DNA from: Octopus vulgaris
Lineage: Eukaryota
Assembly (NCBI GenBank): GCA_951406725.2
Contig: OX597831.1
Coordinates: 29,946,001 to 30,010,000 of the forward strand
Length of the DNA stretch: 64,000 nucleotides
Direction: 5' to 3'
Within the stretch, counting starts at the first letter, position 1. Every line of letters begins with the position of its first letter. The notes beneath the pieces are model-generated. The model was not told the origin of the DNA and made no database searches. It was given only the letters and a program-made list of their open reading frames with translations. Both the position numbers and the translations under genes were made by a program. Positions 38,184 through 52,038 of this stretch are shown here, in pieces.

Positions 38184-38218
<35 letters not shown>

Positions 38219-38614
38219 ATAGCCGCTACTGTTGGGAACAGCCTTGGTGTTTTAGGAAATGGTTATACAGAGTGAACGGAATGAGTCATTCTTAAGAATG
38301 GTAAAACCATAACTGATAGCGTCCGTAATGAATATAGAACAGAGTAGCTATACAATGGTTCTTCAGAATGTATCATACAACCATGTATACATACTCACAT
38401 GTACACATATAGATATACGTATCATATATTCATATATATATATATATATACACACACGCACACACATGCATGCAAGCATACACGCATGTATTTCATTTTC
38501 AGACTGTCACATTTATGAGTGCATGTATATAATACAAATGCATAAACATAAGATAATATAGTACTTATATATACATACATACATATATATAATATATATA
38601 ATATATATATATAC

Positions 38615-38659
<45 letters not shown>

Positions 38660-38773
38660 CATACATATGAATACAAACAAACAAATAAATACATAAACAT
38701 GCACATATAAATATACATGTGTATATATCTATATATATATATATATGAATGTATCTATAGCTATCTCTCTCTC

Positions 38774-38836
<63 letters not shown>

Positions 38837-39489
38837 GCATACATACAAAGAGAGATACAGAGGGAGAGAAAGAGGTCAATAAAGGGATAGCTATAGATAC
38901 ACACACACACACACATACACACACATATATATGCCATGATAGATCACTAGCCACTACACATTATTTTCTCTCCTTGTTTTTTTTTCTGTGTTCCTTTCTG
39001 TGGAAGAGCATAGGCTCGAAATGTTAAAAACTTTTTCGCTTTCCGAGCATTAAACTAGTACATCTGTTTGTTGTCTACACCACCTGTCTTTGTCTTTTGT
39101 TTTTTTGTGAATTCTCCCTATGTATATATATATACATACATATATGTATATGTATATATATATCACGTATATATATATATATATATATATTTAGATATAT
39201 ACATACATGCGTATATACATACACACACACAAATACGGCATGCTATAACACATTAACTATACATTCATTAAATCTAGAAAATTCTGTTAGTCATACCAAA
39301 CTGTACGATATTTTTGGTGATTCCAATAATAAAAATACACCGAATACAAATATTCAGTAATCTTTTTATATCTAACTGTGACTAATATAATTTTAATATA
39401 AAGTATTTATTATAATACATATTAATATAACAACTTTCATGACCTGGGTAGTGACCATGATGATGTTAATGATGATGATAATGATATTA

Positions 39490-39521
<32 letters not shown>

Positions 39522-41471
39522 GGTGATGGTGCTGATAATGATGATGCTTAGCAGGATTTCACCCGTCGCTATATTCTGAGTTCAATTTCTGCTGAGGTCG
39601 ACTCTGCCTTTCATCTGTTCAGCATTGATAAATTAAGTTGTGTACTGGTGTTCAAGGAAATCAACTGCCCACCCCTCCTCCAGAATTTCAGGCCCTTGTG
39701 CTTATAGTAGAAAGGATTATTATGATTATAAAGGTGGCAAGCTGGCAGACTTGTTAGCAGGTCAGGCTAAATGAATATCGGTATTTCGCCCGTCCCTACG
39801 TTCTGAGTTCAAATTCCACTGAGGTTGATTGTGTCTTTCATCTTTTTAGGGTTCACAAAATAAGTACCAGTTGAATACACTGGGGTTGATGTAATCAACT
39901 CATCCCCTCCACCAAAATTGTTACCCTCGTAGAAAAATGGTGGACCCGTTTGAAAGGGCTAAAGATAGACACTTTCCTCTTTGGCCAAGCCCTCATCAAC
40001 TTTTTCAAGTTCCACTTGAAAAGGAAGTTGAGCGTGGAGAGGGAGGTGTTGCCTTGTAGGAAGTTTGGGTGGGTGAATGTTGGAAGAATGGCCAGTGTGA
40101 AAGGACCAGTTCTGAGCATGCACATGTAAACAAAAGGAGAAGGGCTCTTATCCTGTTGTTCAGGCACCCATGACTTTTGTGGGTTTTTGCATGAGGTCCT
40201 TAAAGCGCCTCTCCTATTGAGAGTTTTAAATTACTCTTTTTACTTGTTTCAGTCATTTGACTGTGGCCATGCTGGAGCACCGCCTTTAGTTGAGCAAGTC
40301 GACCCTGGGAATTATTCTTTGTAAGCCTAGTACTTATTCTATCGGTCTCTTGCCAAAGTGCTAAGTTACAGAGACATAACACACTAGCATCGGTTGTCAA
40401 GCGATGTTAGGGGGACAAACACAGACACACAAATGTATACACACACACACACATATATACATACACTGGCCTGCTTGCTTAGCCAGTGGGGTGGCGTCAT
40501 TTGAAGGCTAAAACAATGCGAAGCGCATTGTGACCAGCAATGTGTGTAGCAACATCTGATAGCCTGGTCAGTCATGGTGATCATGGTGATATATACATAC
40601 ACATATATGACAGGCTTCTTTCAGTTTCCGTCTACCAAATCCACTCACAAGGCTTTGGAGAAGACACTTGCCCAAGATGCCACACAGTAGGACTGAACCC
40701 GGAACCATGTGGTAGGTAAGTAAGCTACTTACCACACAGCCCCTCCTATGCCTATATAAATTGTTTAATTTTTAATTGTTATTTATATTGTTTACACATT
40801 GTAAAACCCATTGTATCATCCTGTGTTTGTCTTTTATGTTGTTGTATGTCTTTTAATGTAATTTTATGTGAGCCCTCGTGGCCAATAAAAGAATTAATTA
40901 TAATAATAATTATTATCGTTGATGTTGTTGTTGTTGATATGGCACTGAAACTTGCAGAATAGCCAGTACATCACACAAAACGCTTTGCGACATTTCTTCA
41001 CGCTTTAAATTCTGAGTTCAAATTCCACTGAGATCATCTTTGCTTCTCATCCTTTCAGGGTCAACAAAATAATCACAAGTCCAGCATAGTGGTCAATGTA
41101 ATCAACTAGCTCCCCACCTCCCCTAAAATTTCAGGCCTTGTAGCCTATAGTTGATAGGGTCATTGAAAGGGTCATTTCCTGTCAGTATTTATTACAATGG
41201 AGGAAAAAAAAACACTGTAAATATTACCTCAAAGGTAACAGAGAAGATTTGCACCAATGATTCTAGATATCCATTTCCAAAGACATAAAATGTAATGAGA
41301 TCTTTATTTTTGATTTTTATGGAGATATAAATAACTCAGAGACGTTATTTTCCAATATTTACAAAACATTCAACAGGGTAGAATATAATATGAACAAAGA
41401 ACTTGAAATAAAATCTCTAAGAATATAGCATCCTCATTTAATGTCCGTTCTCCATGCTGGCATGGGTCAGA

Positions 41472-41507
<36 letters not shown>

Positions 41508-41705
41508 TTACATATCTACAGATAAATATATATATACATATCTATAAATATACATATGTATATATACATATATATTATACAGGCATGAATGTATACATAT
41601 ATATAAATATATGTATATATATATGTGTCTATATATATATAGTAAAAAGAAGAAAAATAGCATGGCAAGATTTTGGTTTTGTAGATGAATTTATGTACAT
41701 ATATA

Positions 41706-41752
<47 letters not shown>

Positions 41753-41793
41753 ACACACACATACATATGCACATAGATATACAGTTGAGCATT

Positions 41794-41827
<34 letters not shown>

Positions 41828-42114
41828 ATCATACACACACGTTTAACATGAGCTGCACATAGATATAAAACTGAGCATTCAAGCAAGAAAAAAAAGCAAA
41901 AAGGAATACAAAAAAAAGCAAAAAGGAATACAAAAAAAAAAGCAAAAAGGAATACAAAAAAAAAAATATTTGAATCATTTTTTACAAAAACGTTTTTAAA
42001 TATAAAGTGGCAGTTTTGTATATTTATTCAAACATACACAAACCTCACCCCAACAAAAAGGACATTCCTTTCTTTCTCTCTCTCACTTTTTCTCTTTCAG
42101 TTAGTCTTTACATT

Positions 42115-42148
<34 letters not shown>

Positions 42149-42151
<3 letters not shown>

Positions 42152-42550
42152 GCATGTGCCACCTAGGTAGGTAGGCAGTGCCTACCTTGAATAAAATACA
42201 CTGATAGCAACATTTACCTTTTATGGCAAAACATGCACCTAATTCAATAAAATTATGAAGGTTACTCTGACTACTCTGCATGAAATACAAAATATTTTAT
42301 TCTTTTGTAGATTAGGTATGCATAATTCACCCCTGCTTTTCAATCTCTGTATTAAAGCTATGCATAGTAAAGCTGTAGTACACCAGCTGTGTACACTCCT
42401 ACAACACCGTTTTCTTTACAAGCTATAAAGGCAGAAGTAAATCAGCTTTCAACTCAGTTGCATGCTGGTATTTCACTTATTTTTTGTGTATTTTACTACA
42501 TAAAGGTCACCAACTGCCTACCCTGAGTAATTACTGATGGCACGTGCCTA
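42149..42550. mobile_element. hAT-like MITE in (TA)n
   Basis: Inverted termini CAGGCATGTGCCA / TGGCACGTGCCTA and subterminal GTAGGCAGT / ACTGCCTAC. Confidence 0.55.
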
Positions 42551-42835
42551 ATATATATATACATACATATATATCATTATATTTTGTATCTTTTCATTTG
42601 TCTTGCTCGCTTAACGTTCTGGCGTTTGCAGAATTTTCTTGAGAACAATTTTTCTTAGTGGTCAGACCATATGGGGTCTACATTTAGCATATTAGGAGTC
42701 CACCTAGTGGTCATTCCTCTTATTTGTATGTAATATAATTTTCTGAATCTTCAGATTTTTTCCAATATGCTAGGTCACTGGTTTAAATTGATATTAATCT
42801 AATTAATATCAATTTTTACCCTTATTAATTAAATT

Positions 42836-42883
<48 letters not shown>

Positions 42884-42892
42884 GTGTGTGTG

Positions 42893-42974
<82 letters not shown>

Positions 42975-43539
42975 CACACATACATATATGTATGTACCAT
43001 ATATTTATATAAATATATTTATATATTTATATATATATATATATATATATATGCTAAGAAGAAACTTTATAAAATGATTTGTAAAATATAATTCTCAAAA
43101 AAAAAAAAAAAGAAAGAAACACCCACAAAATCACAACACATGTAAAATATAACAAAAATTTTCGGTTGTGAAATTAAAAAATATATATATATATATAAAT
43201 ATACCCAAATATACAATAAAATAATGATTCTTGATTTTGATTGGTTTGTCATTTGTGATGTTGTTTGAGACCAAAATAAGGAGTTTTACACAGGGGACAA
43301 GGCCATTGGGTTGGTATACAGTCCATTAGTATGTTTACAGAGTTATCATGAGAGGCATGCATGCATGGCTGTGCAGGTAAGGGGTTCACTTTGTCAGCAT
43401 GTAGATCTAAGATCATTCCTGCTCTGCAGCAGTAGAAACGCCTTTTAGCATAGCCATGCACTGACTAACACCTTGTCAGTAAAATTTGGTAGATGGAAAC
43501 TATGCTGAAACCCATTTCAAATCCTTTACTCTTTTCCTG

Positions 43540-43591
43540 ATATCTGATGAGATGGGTCTGTCCTGCATGCCCATGAAACTTAAAGCCATAT
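43540..43591 (+). ncRNA. Degenerate minimal type I hammerhead ribozyme
   Basis: ATAT-CTGATGA-G-ATGGG..CCCAT-GAAAC-TTAAA-GCC-ATAT; cleavage triplet reads GCC instead of GUC and the stem II closing C is missing. Confidence 0.45.
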
Positions 43592-44126
43592 GAAGCTGAG
43601 TCAAATTGTTATGAAGCATATATATATCTATCTATATCTATATATATATATATATATATATAAATATATACAGAAAGAGAGAGAGAGAGAGGAAGAGAGC
43701 GAAAGAATTACCCATCAGAAGAATTCACAGAGAAACTAGCAACATATAGTAATCACAGACATTAAATACTGATCAAAGTGGCTAGCTGTTAACAGGAACT
43801 TAACTGATAGCCAATAAGGTATCTGCGAGGATAATATATCCCTCCAGACTCACTTTTACACACACACACACACATACATATCAGCTAGTGAATGTAAAAC
43901 TTATACATGAGCTATTGTAAGTTTCATGTTTGGATATACAATAGATAGATCGATTGATCGATCAATAGATAGATAGATAGAAGGAGACAGCCAAACAGAC
44001 AGATAGATAGATGGACAGATAGACTGACAAGTGGATAGACAGATAGATAAATAGACACACACACACATATAGATAGATAGATACATACATACATACATAC
44101 ATAGAGATACATATAGATATAAACAT

Positions 44127-44161
<35 letters not shown>

Positions 44162-45171
44162 CACATACATACAAATACATAAAGTATTAAGGAAATAACT
44201 GTCAGGAGAGAGCAGGCGGATTCTTGACACAAATATTGACAAATGTAGAGTGACAGAGTGTACAATATTCCAAGAAATGGTACCAGAGCTTACTCTTAAT
44301 ATCCAAATACATGCGAAAGACAATATAAATGTGAGAAACCTGAGGTATGAAAACCAAGTACAATGTGCCTGTGAGTGTGTGTGGGTGTGTGTGTGTGTGT
44401 ATGTGAGTGTGTAGTGTTTGTTTGTTTGTGAGGCAATTATCTCTAAACTGGTGCATTGAATAAAAATAACTGGTGATATTTATTCTTCCTGAATAACACA
44501 TATAATCTCTTGTCACGCCACGGAAAAGACAGCGAAGCGGAAACATTCAACCAATAATAGTGTTCACAATACTAAAAATAATATATGTAAAATTACATGA
44601 AAATAATACAAAAAAAAAAAATAACTTTAAAACAGCAGTTCTTGATCTTTGTGAGATATTTTCGTAAATCGAATAAATCTTTGTGACTTATGTTGGTTGA
44701 TGAATAAACCTATGTGACTTATTTTGATAAATTAATAAACTTTTGTGATGATTATTTTTAAAATATTTAAATACAAAAACACTAAAAAAATTTAAATAAA
44801 AAATGGGGTGCATTTGTTATGCAGTAATTGTTGTGTAGTGGCCTTCATGCCTTCTGTGGTTTAACATATTCATGGGGTAGTTTTATAACTTATCAAATAT
44901 TTTAAAATTAAAAGAATTTGTCTTTGTGACAACTTCCAGATTTGTAACTTTGTAACTCATTGGTTTTAAACAGCTGATAGAGCAACTGGTGTGAGTATTG
45001 GTGTATGTTATCAGGAGGGGTGGTCACTACATGTTTGTGCATGTGTGTGTGTATATATATATTTATATATATATATATAAATATTTATATATATATATAA
45101 ATATTTATATATATATATAAATATATCATCATCACCATCATCATTTAACGTCCACTTTCCATCTAGCATGG

Positions 45172-45209
<38 letters not shown>

Positions 45210-45396
45210 TGCATGCACACACACACACACAACGTTTTCTATCCAAGAGAGTGTTTCACTCCAATATTTATATGTTATTGTTTATAGCTTTGTACGCTTT
45301 GAGCTCTAGTTTTGAAAGATTTATTTCGTGTTCTCTTACATGTTTAACAATTCTTATGGTATTAGCAATACGTGAACATACATATATATATTCATA

Positions 45397-45470
<74 letters not shown>

Positions 45471-45502
45471 TATGATATATATATATATATATATACATAT
45501 AT

Positions 45503-45730
45503 ATATAAAATAGTGTACATTTAAACACAAGGAAAACTACCTTTAACAGGTAATTTTTACACGCTAGAAGAAGCAGTCAAAATGACCAAAACCACATTTA
45601 AGAGCAATTTTTGAAGGGAATGAAAAATAACACACACAGTAAAAGTTTTTATTTTTCATTCCCTTCGAAAATTGCTCTTAAATGTGGTTTTGGTCGTTTT
45701 CTCTTGTGTCTAAATGTACACTATTTTATA
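45503..45730. repeat. Fold-back element
   Basis: Outer arms TATAAAATAGTGTACATTTA.ACACAAG and inner arms of about 50 bp around an 18-nt loop. Confidence 0.8.
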
Positions 45731-46282
45731 TTGAGAATATGTTGTCTATTGACTTTTTATACATGCTTGGCCACTGGTGGTGAAATTTCTAAAAATATAC
45801 GCCACCCTATATATTTTACGTATCGTCATCATCATTTAACATCCACTTTCCATGCTAGCATGGGTTCGATGATTTGACTGCGGTCTGGCGAACCAGATGG
45901 GTGCACCAGGCTCCAATCTGATCTGGCAGAGTTTCTACAGCTGGATGCCCTTCCTAATATATATATATATATGATGATATATATATACATATATATCTAT
46001 ATATATATGTATGTGTATGTGTGTGTACATATATGTATGTATGTATGTATATACATATGTATGTGTATTATAGTTAGGAAGACTAGAATAGATGAGAAAT
46101 GTATGGCAGTTAGATATAAGGGAAGAGGTGGCAAGAAATGTTAAAAAAAAATAATAGACAGGTGTGGGAGGAAGGTGAGGGTGGAAGGATGAAGATAAGT
46201 AATCGGCCTTATATGTGCGTGAGCGGGGACGAACGAACCGGGGTGGGGACCTGGCAAATATTGCCAAATTTTGGTATCAGGC

Positions 46283-46620
46283 TTATTTTGGCCTCAACAG
46301 TACAATTTTACCACAAAGTTCATTCTCGATGCCATTGGGCGGTATCACATATGTTTCATTATTTCGTACTGGACTTACTTGTATGAGGTTCTGGTTGCTG
46401 GCAAAAAGATCCCTAAGGGACCATATTCCAGGCCTTCGACTCTTACCCTGCATTGTATAGACAAATATTTCTTCAATGTTATTGACTAGATTCTTCCGTA
46501 CTTCTGGATCGATATGATCTTCGTCGATGTCTGTGTGAAACAACGACGGCTCATCTAAATCTTGCTCGAAACAATTCTGCAGAAACGGCTTGCAGGAATG
46601 TTTCAAAACTATGAAACAAC
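46283..46620 (-). CDS. ACTMAP: Actin maturation protease, last coding exon
   Basis: Acceptor tttttctag|GT in phase 1; ...DEPSLFH...VYTMQGKSRRPGIWSLRDLFASNQNL...YVIPPNGIENELCGKIVLL* matches the C19orf54/UPF0692 C-terminus. Confidence 0.92.
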
Positions 46621-46725
46621 CTAGAAAAATATTTAAAAAAAAAAAAAAAAGAAAAGAAAGAAAAAATTAGAAATTGAATAAATAAACAAATATCAAAATT
46701 TTTGGTGGGATTTGTTTTGGAGAGT

Positions 46726-47446
46726 AAGAAAGGCCTATTTCTGGTGAACCAATTTGTGCTCTGAGACAAGAAAGGCCTATTTCTGGTGAACCAACTTGTG
46801 CACTGAGACAAGAAAGGCCTATTTCTGGTGAACCAACTTGTGCTCTGAGACAAGAAAGGCCTATTTCTGGTGAACCAACTTGTGCTCTGAGACAGGAAAG
46901 GCCTATTTCTGGTGAACCAACTTGTGCTCTGAGACAAACAAAGGCCTATTTCTGGGGAACCAACTTGTGCTCTGAGACAAGAAAGGCCTATTTCTGGTGA
47001 ACCAACTTGTGCTCTGAGACAGGAAAGGCCTATTTCCGGTGAACCAACTTGTGCTCTGAGACAAGAAAGGCCTATTTCTGGTTAACCAACTTGTGCTCTG
47101 AGACAGGAAAGGCCTATTTCTGGTGAACCAACTTGTGCTCTGAGACAAGAAAGGCCTATTTCTGGTGAACCAACTTGTGCTCTGAGACAAGAAAGGCCTA
47201 TTTTTGGTGAACCAACTTGTGCTCTGAGACAAGAAAGGCCTATTTCTGGGGAACCAACTTGTGCTCTGAGACAAGAAAGGCCTATTTCTAGTGAACCAAC
47301 TTGTGCTCTGAGACAGGAAAGGCCTATTTCTGGTGAACCAACTTGTGCTCTGAGACAAGAAAGGCCTATTTCTGGTGAACCAACTTGTGCTCTGAGACAA
47401 ACAAAGGCCTATTTCTGGTGAGCCAACTTGTGCTCTGAGACAAGAA
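46726..47446. repeat. 42-bp minisatellite, 17 units, highly homogeneous
   Basis: Unit AAGAAAGGCCTATTTCTGGTGAACCAACTTGTGCTCTGAGAC; two 43-bp variant units. Confidence 0.97.
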
Positions 47447-48644
47447 CCTTCACCTGGGACCTTATAACTAACGACCAATTACAGTGATTCATTAACTGTG
47501 GTTTGAAACTGCTGTTTAGCGTTTAAACCAGCCGTATCCAGCCCAAATATTCTATCTTTTTATATTCAAACTGGCCAGATTCAGCCTCTCACACCTGTCC
47601 TACAATGTCATTCTAGAAATAAGTGGGGGCACATGGCTTAGTGGTTAGGGTATTTGACTCATGATCGTTAGACCGGGTGACATGTCTTGTTCTTGAGCTG
47701 GCACCAATGAGTACACTGCGATGGACTGGCGTCCTCTCCAGGTGGGAAATATATATATATTGGAAACTGGGAAACAGGCTCTTATGAGCCGGCATGACTT
47801 TTGTAGAGGCACATGGCTTAGTGGTTAGGGGTGTTGGACTCATGATCATAAGATTGTAATTTCAATTCATGATAAAAGATACAACTGTTATAGAGGCGGT
47901 GCGTGCAGTTGGTACTGGACACAAGTCGAAGGGGAAAGAAGCCACAGGGAAAGCTGGTGCATGCGCAAAATAAAGGAGTTTAAACGTGCGTTGCAAACTG
48001 ACGTTAGAGGTCTGTGCTTTTGTCTTGGCATTTGAGGGATGTTAACATTGCCAGATATTTGGAATGTATTAGGGAAGCAGTGGAGGCACATGGCCTAGTG
48101 GTTAGAGCAGCGGACTCGCGGTTGAGGGATCGCGGGTTCGAATCTCAGACCGGGCAATGTGTGTGTTTATGAGCAAAACACCTAAGCTCCACGTGGCTCC
48201 AGCAGAAGGTAATGGCGAACTTCTGCTGAGTCTTTCGCCACAACTTTCTCTCACTCTTTCCTCCTGCATCTAGCAGCTCACCTGCGATGGGCCAACGTCC
48301 CATCTAGGTGGGGAACCTATATGCCAATGAAACCAGGAAACTGGCCCTTATGAGCCAGGCGTGGCTTGAGAAGGAACAAACAAGCAGGCAATAACCGCGG
48401 TAATGGTCAATATGGCATTGGTACATGGCCAGCCTCTAGTCTCAAGAATGGCACATTTTCTGATCATCAGGGAATTCATTGTCCCATGGGTTACATTTGC
48501 AGGATCAGTGAAAGAGTGCACCATTGTGAAGCTCGTGTATAACTAATCCCAATTATGCATTGTGTCCTTGAGCAAGGTACTTCATTTCACATTGCTCCAG
48601 TCCATTCAACTGGCAAAAATTAATAATCCTGTGACAAACCAGCA

Positions 48645-49232
48645 TCCTTATTTCTTTACTGCCCACAAGGGGCTACACACAGAGGGGACAAACAAGGACA
48701 GACAAACAGATTAAGTTGATTATATCGATCCCAGTGTGTAACTGGTGCTTATTTTATCGACCCTGAAAGGATGAAAGGCAAAGTCGACCTCGGCGGAATT
48801 TGAACTCAGACGAAATACCTATTTCTTTACTACCCACAAGGGACTACACACAGAGGGGACAAATAAGGTCAGACACACGGATCAAGTCGATTATATCAAC
48901 CCCAGTGCGTAACTGGTACTTATTTAATTGACTCCAAAAGGATGAAAGCAAAGTCGACTGCGGTAAAATTTGAACTCAGAAAGTAGCAGCAGACAAAATA
49001 CCTATTTCTTTATTGCCCACAACGGGCTAAACACAGAGAGGACAAACAAGGACAGACACACGGATTAAGTCGATTATATCGACCACAGTGTGCAGCTGGT
49101 ACTTATGTAATCGACCCCAAAAGGATGAAAAGCAAAGTCGACCTTGGCGGAATTTGAACCCAGAACATAGTGGCAGACGAAATACCGTTATGCATTTCGC
49201 CCGGCGTGCTAACGATTCTACCAGCTCGCCAC
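48645..49232 (-). mobile_element. Family B SINE trimer nested in a family E SINE
   Basis: Three units; flanked by the duplicated TTAATAATCCTGTGAC.AACCAGCATCCT. Confidence 0.8.
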
Positions 49233-50242
49233 CTTAATAATCCTGTGACCAACCAGCATCCTATCCAGATGGAGAATATACATGCCATGGAAACCGGGAG
49301 TTAGCCCTTATGAGTCAGCATGACTCCAAAAGGTGACTTTACTTTTATTCTAGAAATAAATAATCACATTAATGAAATCTTGAAGCTACGAGATTAATTC
49401 AAAACAAGGTGAATAGATTAGGTGCAGGAGTGACTATGTGGTAAGTAGCTTGCTTTCTAACCACATGGCTCTGGGTTCAGTCCCACTGCGTGGCACCTTG
49501 GGCAAGTGTCTTCTACTATAGCCTCGGGCTGACCAAAGCGTCGTGAGTGGATTTGGCAAACGGAAACTGAAAGAAGCCCATCGTATATATGTATATGTAA
49601 ATATATATATGCGTTTGTCCTCCCAACATCACTTGACAACCGATACTGGTGTGTTTACGTCTCCATAACTTAGCAGTTCAGCAAAAGAGACTGATAGAAT
49701 AAGTACCAGGCTTACAAAGAGTAAGTCCTGGGGTAAATTTGCTCGACTAAAGGCGATGCTCCAGCATGGCCACAGTCACATGACTGAAACAAGTAAGAGA
49801 GAGATTAGCTTTACATTTGACAGAGTAATCTGAATGCTAAAGAGTTAATCAGGTACCTGTTAACGACAGCCAGGTGGGCTGATTGGTGGACAGTGGTCTA
49901 TGGCCTGAGACTGAACCACATCAGTCGAGTACTAATTGCAATCAGTTGATGTTGGTGTGTAATGTTGGTGATGGTTATGATGATAATCAATGAAGATGAT
50001 GATGATGATGACTGCTATGGCAGCATTACCCAGGGCCAGCCCTAGGGTTGCTAGCACCCCGAGCAAGCTGAACTTCAGTGTGTACAAGCCGACAGTCATG
50101 GAAATTTCCTTGTCTTTAGTACATCATACCCCAGGTGATTGCCTAAGTTGTCAATACCTTGAGCTGGCCCTGGCACCACCATCAATAGAATATACAAAGA
50201 CAAAGATAAAAACAAAGACAGAGAGAGAGAGAGAGAACTTAC

Positions 50243-50313
50243 CTGTGAGAAGTGACCAGTGGGCCTTATGTCCCCTCTTCAGACACGGTTGGTAGTTTTT
50301 GTCAGAATCATAA
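50243..50313 (-). CDS. ACTMAP: Actin maturation protease, coding exon 5 (PYDSDKNYQPCLKRGHKAHWSLLTG)
   Basis: Conserved YD.D.N..PC...GHKAHW motif; donor CAG|gtaagt. Confidence 0.95.
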
Positions 50314-50359
50314 CTGATGACATTAGTTAAGGAATAAATGTGCAGACATAAATATATAC

Positions 50360-50442
<83 letters not shown>

Positions 50443-50717
50443 CAGCAGCAGTAGCAGCAGCAGTGGCAGTAATGCCAGCAACAGTAGTAGTAGTGGTATT
50501 TTGAAGTAACTTCTTTGTGGTCATTCAGCCTGGCTAGAAACAGAAGCCAAATCTCTGTTCATTCATTTTTTCTTGCTTTCTTAAAAAGAAAATAGGAAGG
50601 ACACATTGGATAGTGTAGTCTTAGATACTTATTATGTCTGATGGTCACAGCTGCATCAAAGCCTGTGGTTAAACAACAACAACAACAACAACAACAATAG
50701 TATGAGGTAAAGGATAC
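50314..50717 (-). other. U12-type (minor spliceosome) GT-AG intron
   Basis: 5' splice site GTATCCTTT; branch site TTCCTTAAC at 50326-50334, 10 nt before the AG; no polypyrimidine tract. Confidence 0.93.
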
Positions 50718-50835
50718 GGCACAAGTATGAGATATCCCTGCAGGAGACATTCCCAGATGACGTTGAGACAAAGTTTAGCCGTGTCAACCACTTGGGAGTA
50801 GCAGAACTCTCGAGCGAGGTCTTCCATAAAATAAG
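50718..50835 (-). CDS. ACTMAP: Actin maturation protease, coding exon 4 (AYFMEDLAREF...LLQGYLILVP)
   Basis: Acceptor aaacag|CT, phase 1 to 2, in frame with both neighbours. Confidence 0.92.
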
Positions 50836-51161
50836 CTGTTTGAAGGAAAACAAGAAGGAAAGAAACAAAGAAATATTAGATAGCATGACTTGTTTTACTT
50901 GTTTCAGTCATTTGACTGTGGCCATGCTGGAGCACCGCCTTTAGTCGAGCAAATCGACCCCCGGGATTTGTTCTTTGTAAGCTTAGTACTTATTCTGTCG
51001 GTCACTTTTGCCGAACCGCTAAGTTATGGGGACATAAACACACCAACATCAGTTGTCAAGCGATGTTGGGGAACAAACACAGACACATACGTAGATATCA
51101 TAGATGTATATACATATATATACACTTATATATACACTTATATATACACATATAATATACA

Positions 51162-51204
<43 letters not shown>

Positions 51205-51248
51205 GTGCAGGTGGCATGTGTGTGTGTATAGAAATACATATAATTATA

Positions 51249-51282
<34 letters not shown>

Positions 51283-51999
51283 ATGTGTGTAGGTGTATCA
51301 TTATAATCATCATCATCATTAGTTAATATCTGGTTTGGATGACCTCACAAGAGCTGGCAAGAGTGTGACCCGCACCAGGATCAACAAAAAAAAATTTACC
51401 CCAGCCTGTGAAAAATAAATATCATTTAATATAAAAAAATATTTAAATGTAAGCTGTTATAAATTTCATGCTTGGATAGAACAGTAAGCATACGAGGTTG
51501 TATAGCATGCCATATACTATCTGTAATTTTTCAACCTTGACATAAACACAGCTGGTCTCTTGCTCGTGTTTTTTCTCATTGTTTCTCACTTTTTTTCAGA
51601 GAACAGCAGTGTTAATTTTGTAGCTGAATAATTGCAGGGCAGGATAGGCCAATGGCACACTCACTATACAAGCTCGTCTGATTACTGTACTACTGCTACC
51701 AAAGCATGAAACTTAAAGCAGCTGACTTCTAAATCTTGTGCTTCTTCAATGATATAAATATATTCTCTTTTTATTTTTTTTTTCTATTTTACTTGTTTCA
51801 GTCATTTGACTGCGGCCATGCTGGAGCACCGCCTTCAGTCGAGCAAATCGACCCCAGGATTTATTCTTTGTAAGCCTAGTACTTATTCTATCGGTCTTTT
51901 TTGCCGAATCGCTAAGTTACGGGGACGTAAACACACCAGCATCGGTTGTCAAGCAATGTTGGGAGACAAACAGACACACAAACATATACAGACACATAC

Positions 52000-52038
<39 letters not shown>

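Noticed and set aside
38995-39025. GAGC-ATAG-GCTC-GAAA stem as a hammerhead
   Set aside because: Upstream core reads CTGTGGAA rather than CTGANGA and there is no stem III; at most a relic
37646-39360. Many YI/CV/HT-repeat ORFs here and throughout the window
   Set aside because: Translations of (TA)n, (TG)n, (TAA)n and (TAG)n microsatellites or of SINE bodies
46726-47446. CRISPR array or repetitive protein (FLSQSTSWFTRNRP)n
   Set aside because: No unique spacers, eukaryotic intronic context, frame broken by 43-bp units; it is a minisatellite
48440-48475. CTGATGA-TCA-GAAA on the minus strand
   Set aside because: No stem II and no stem I pairing; chance match
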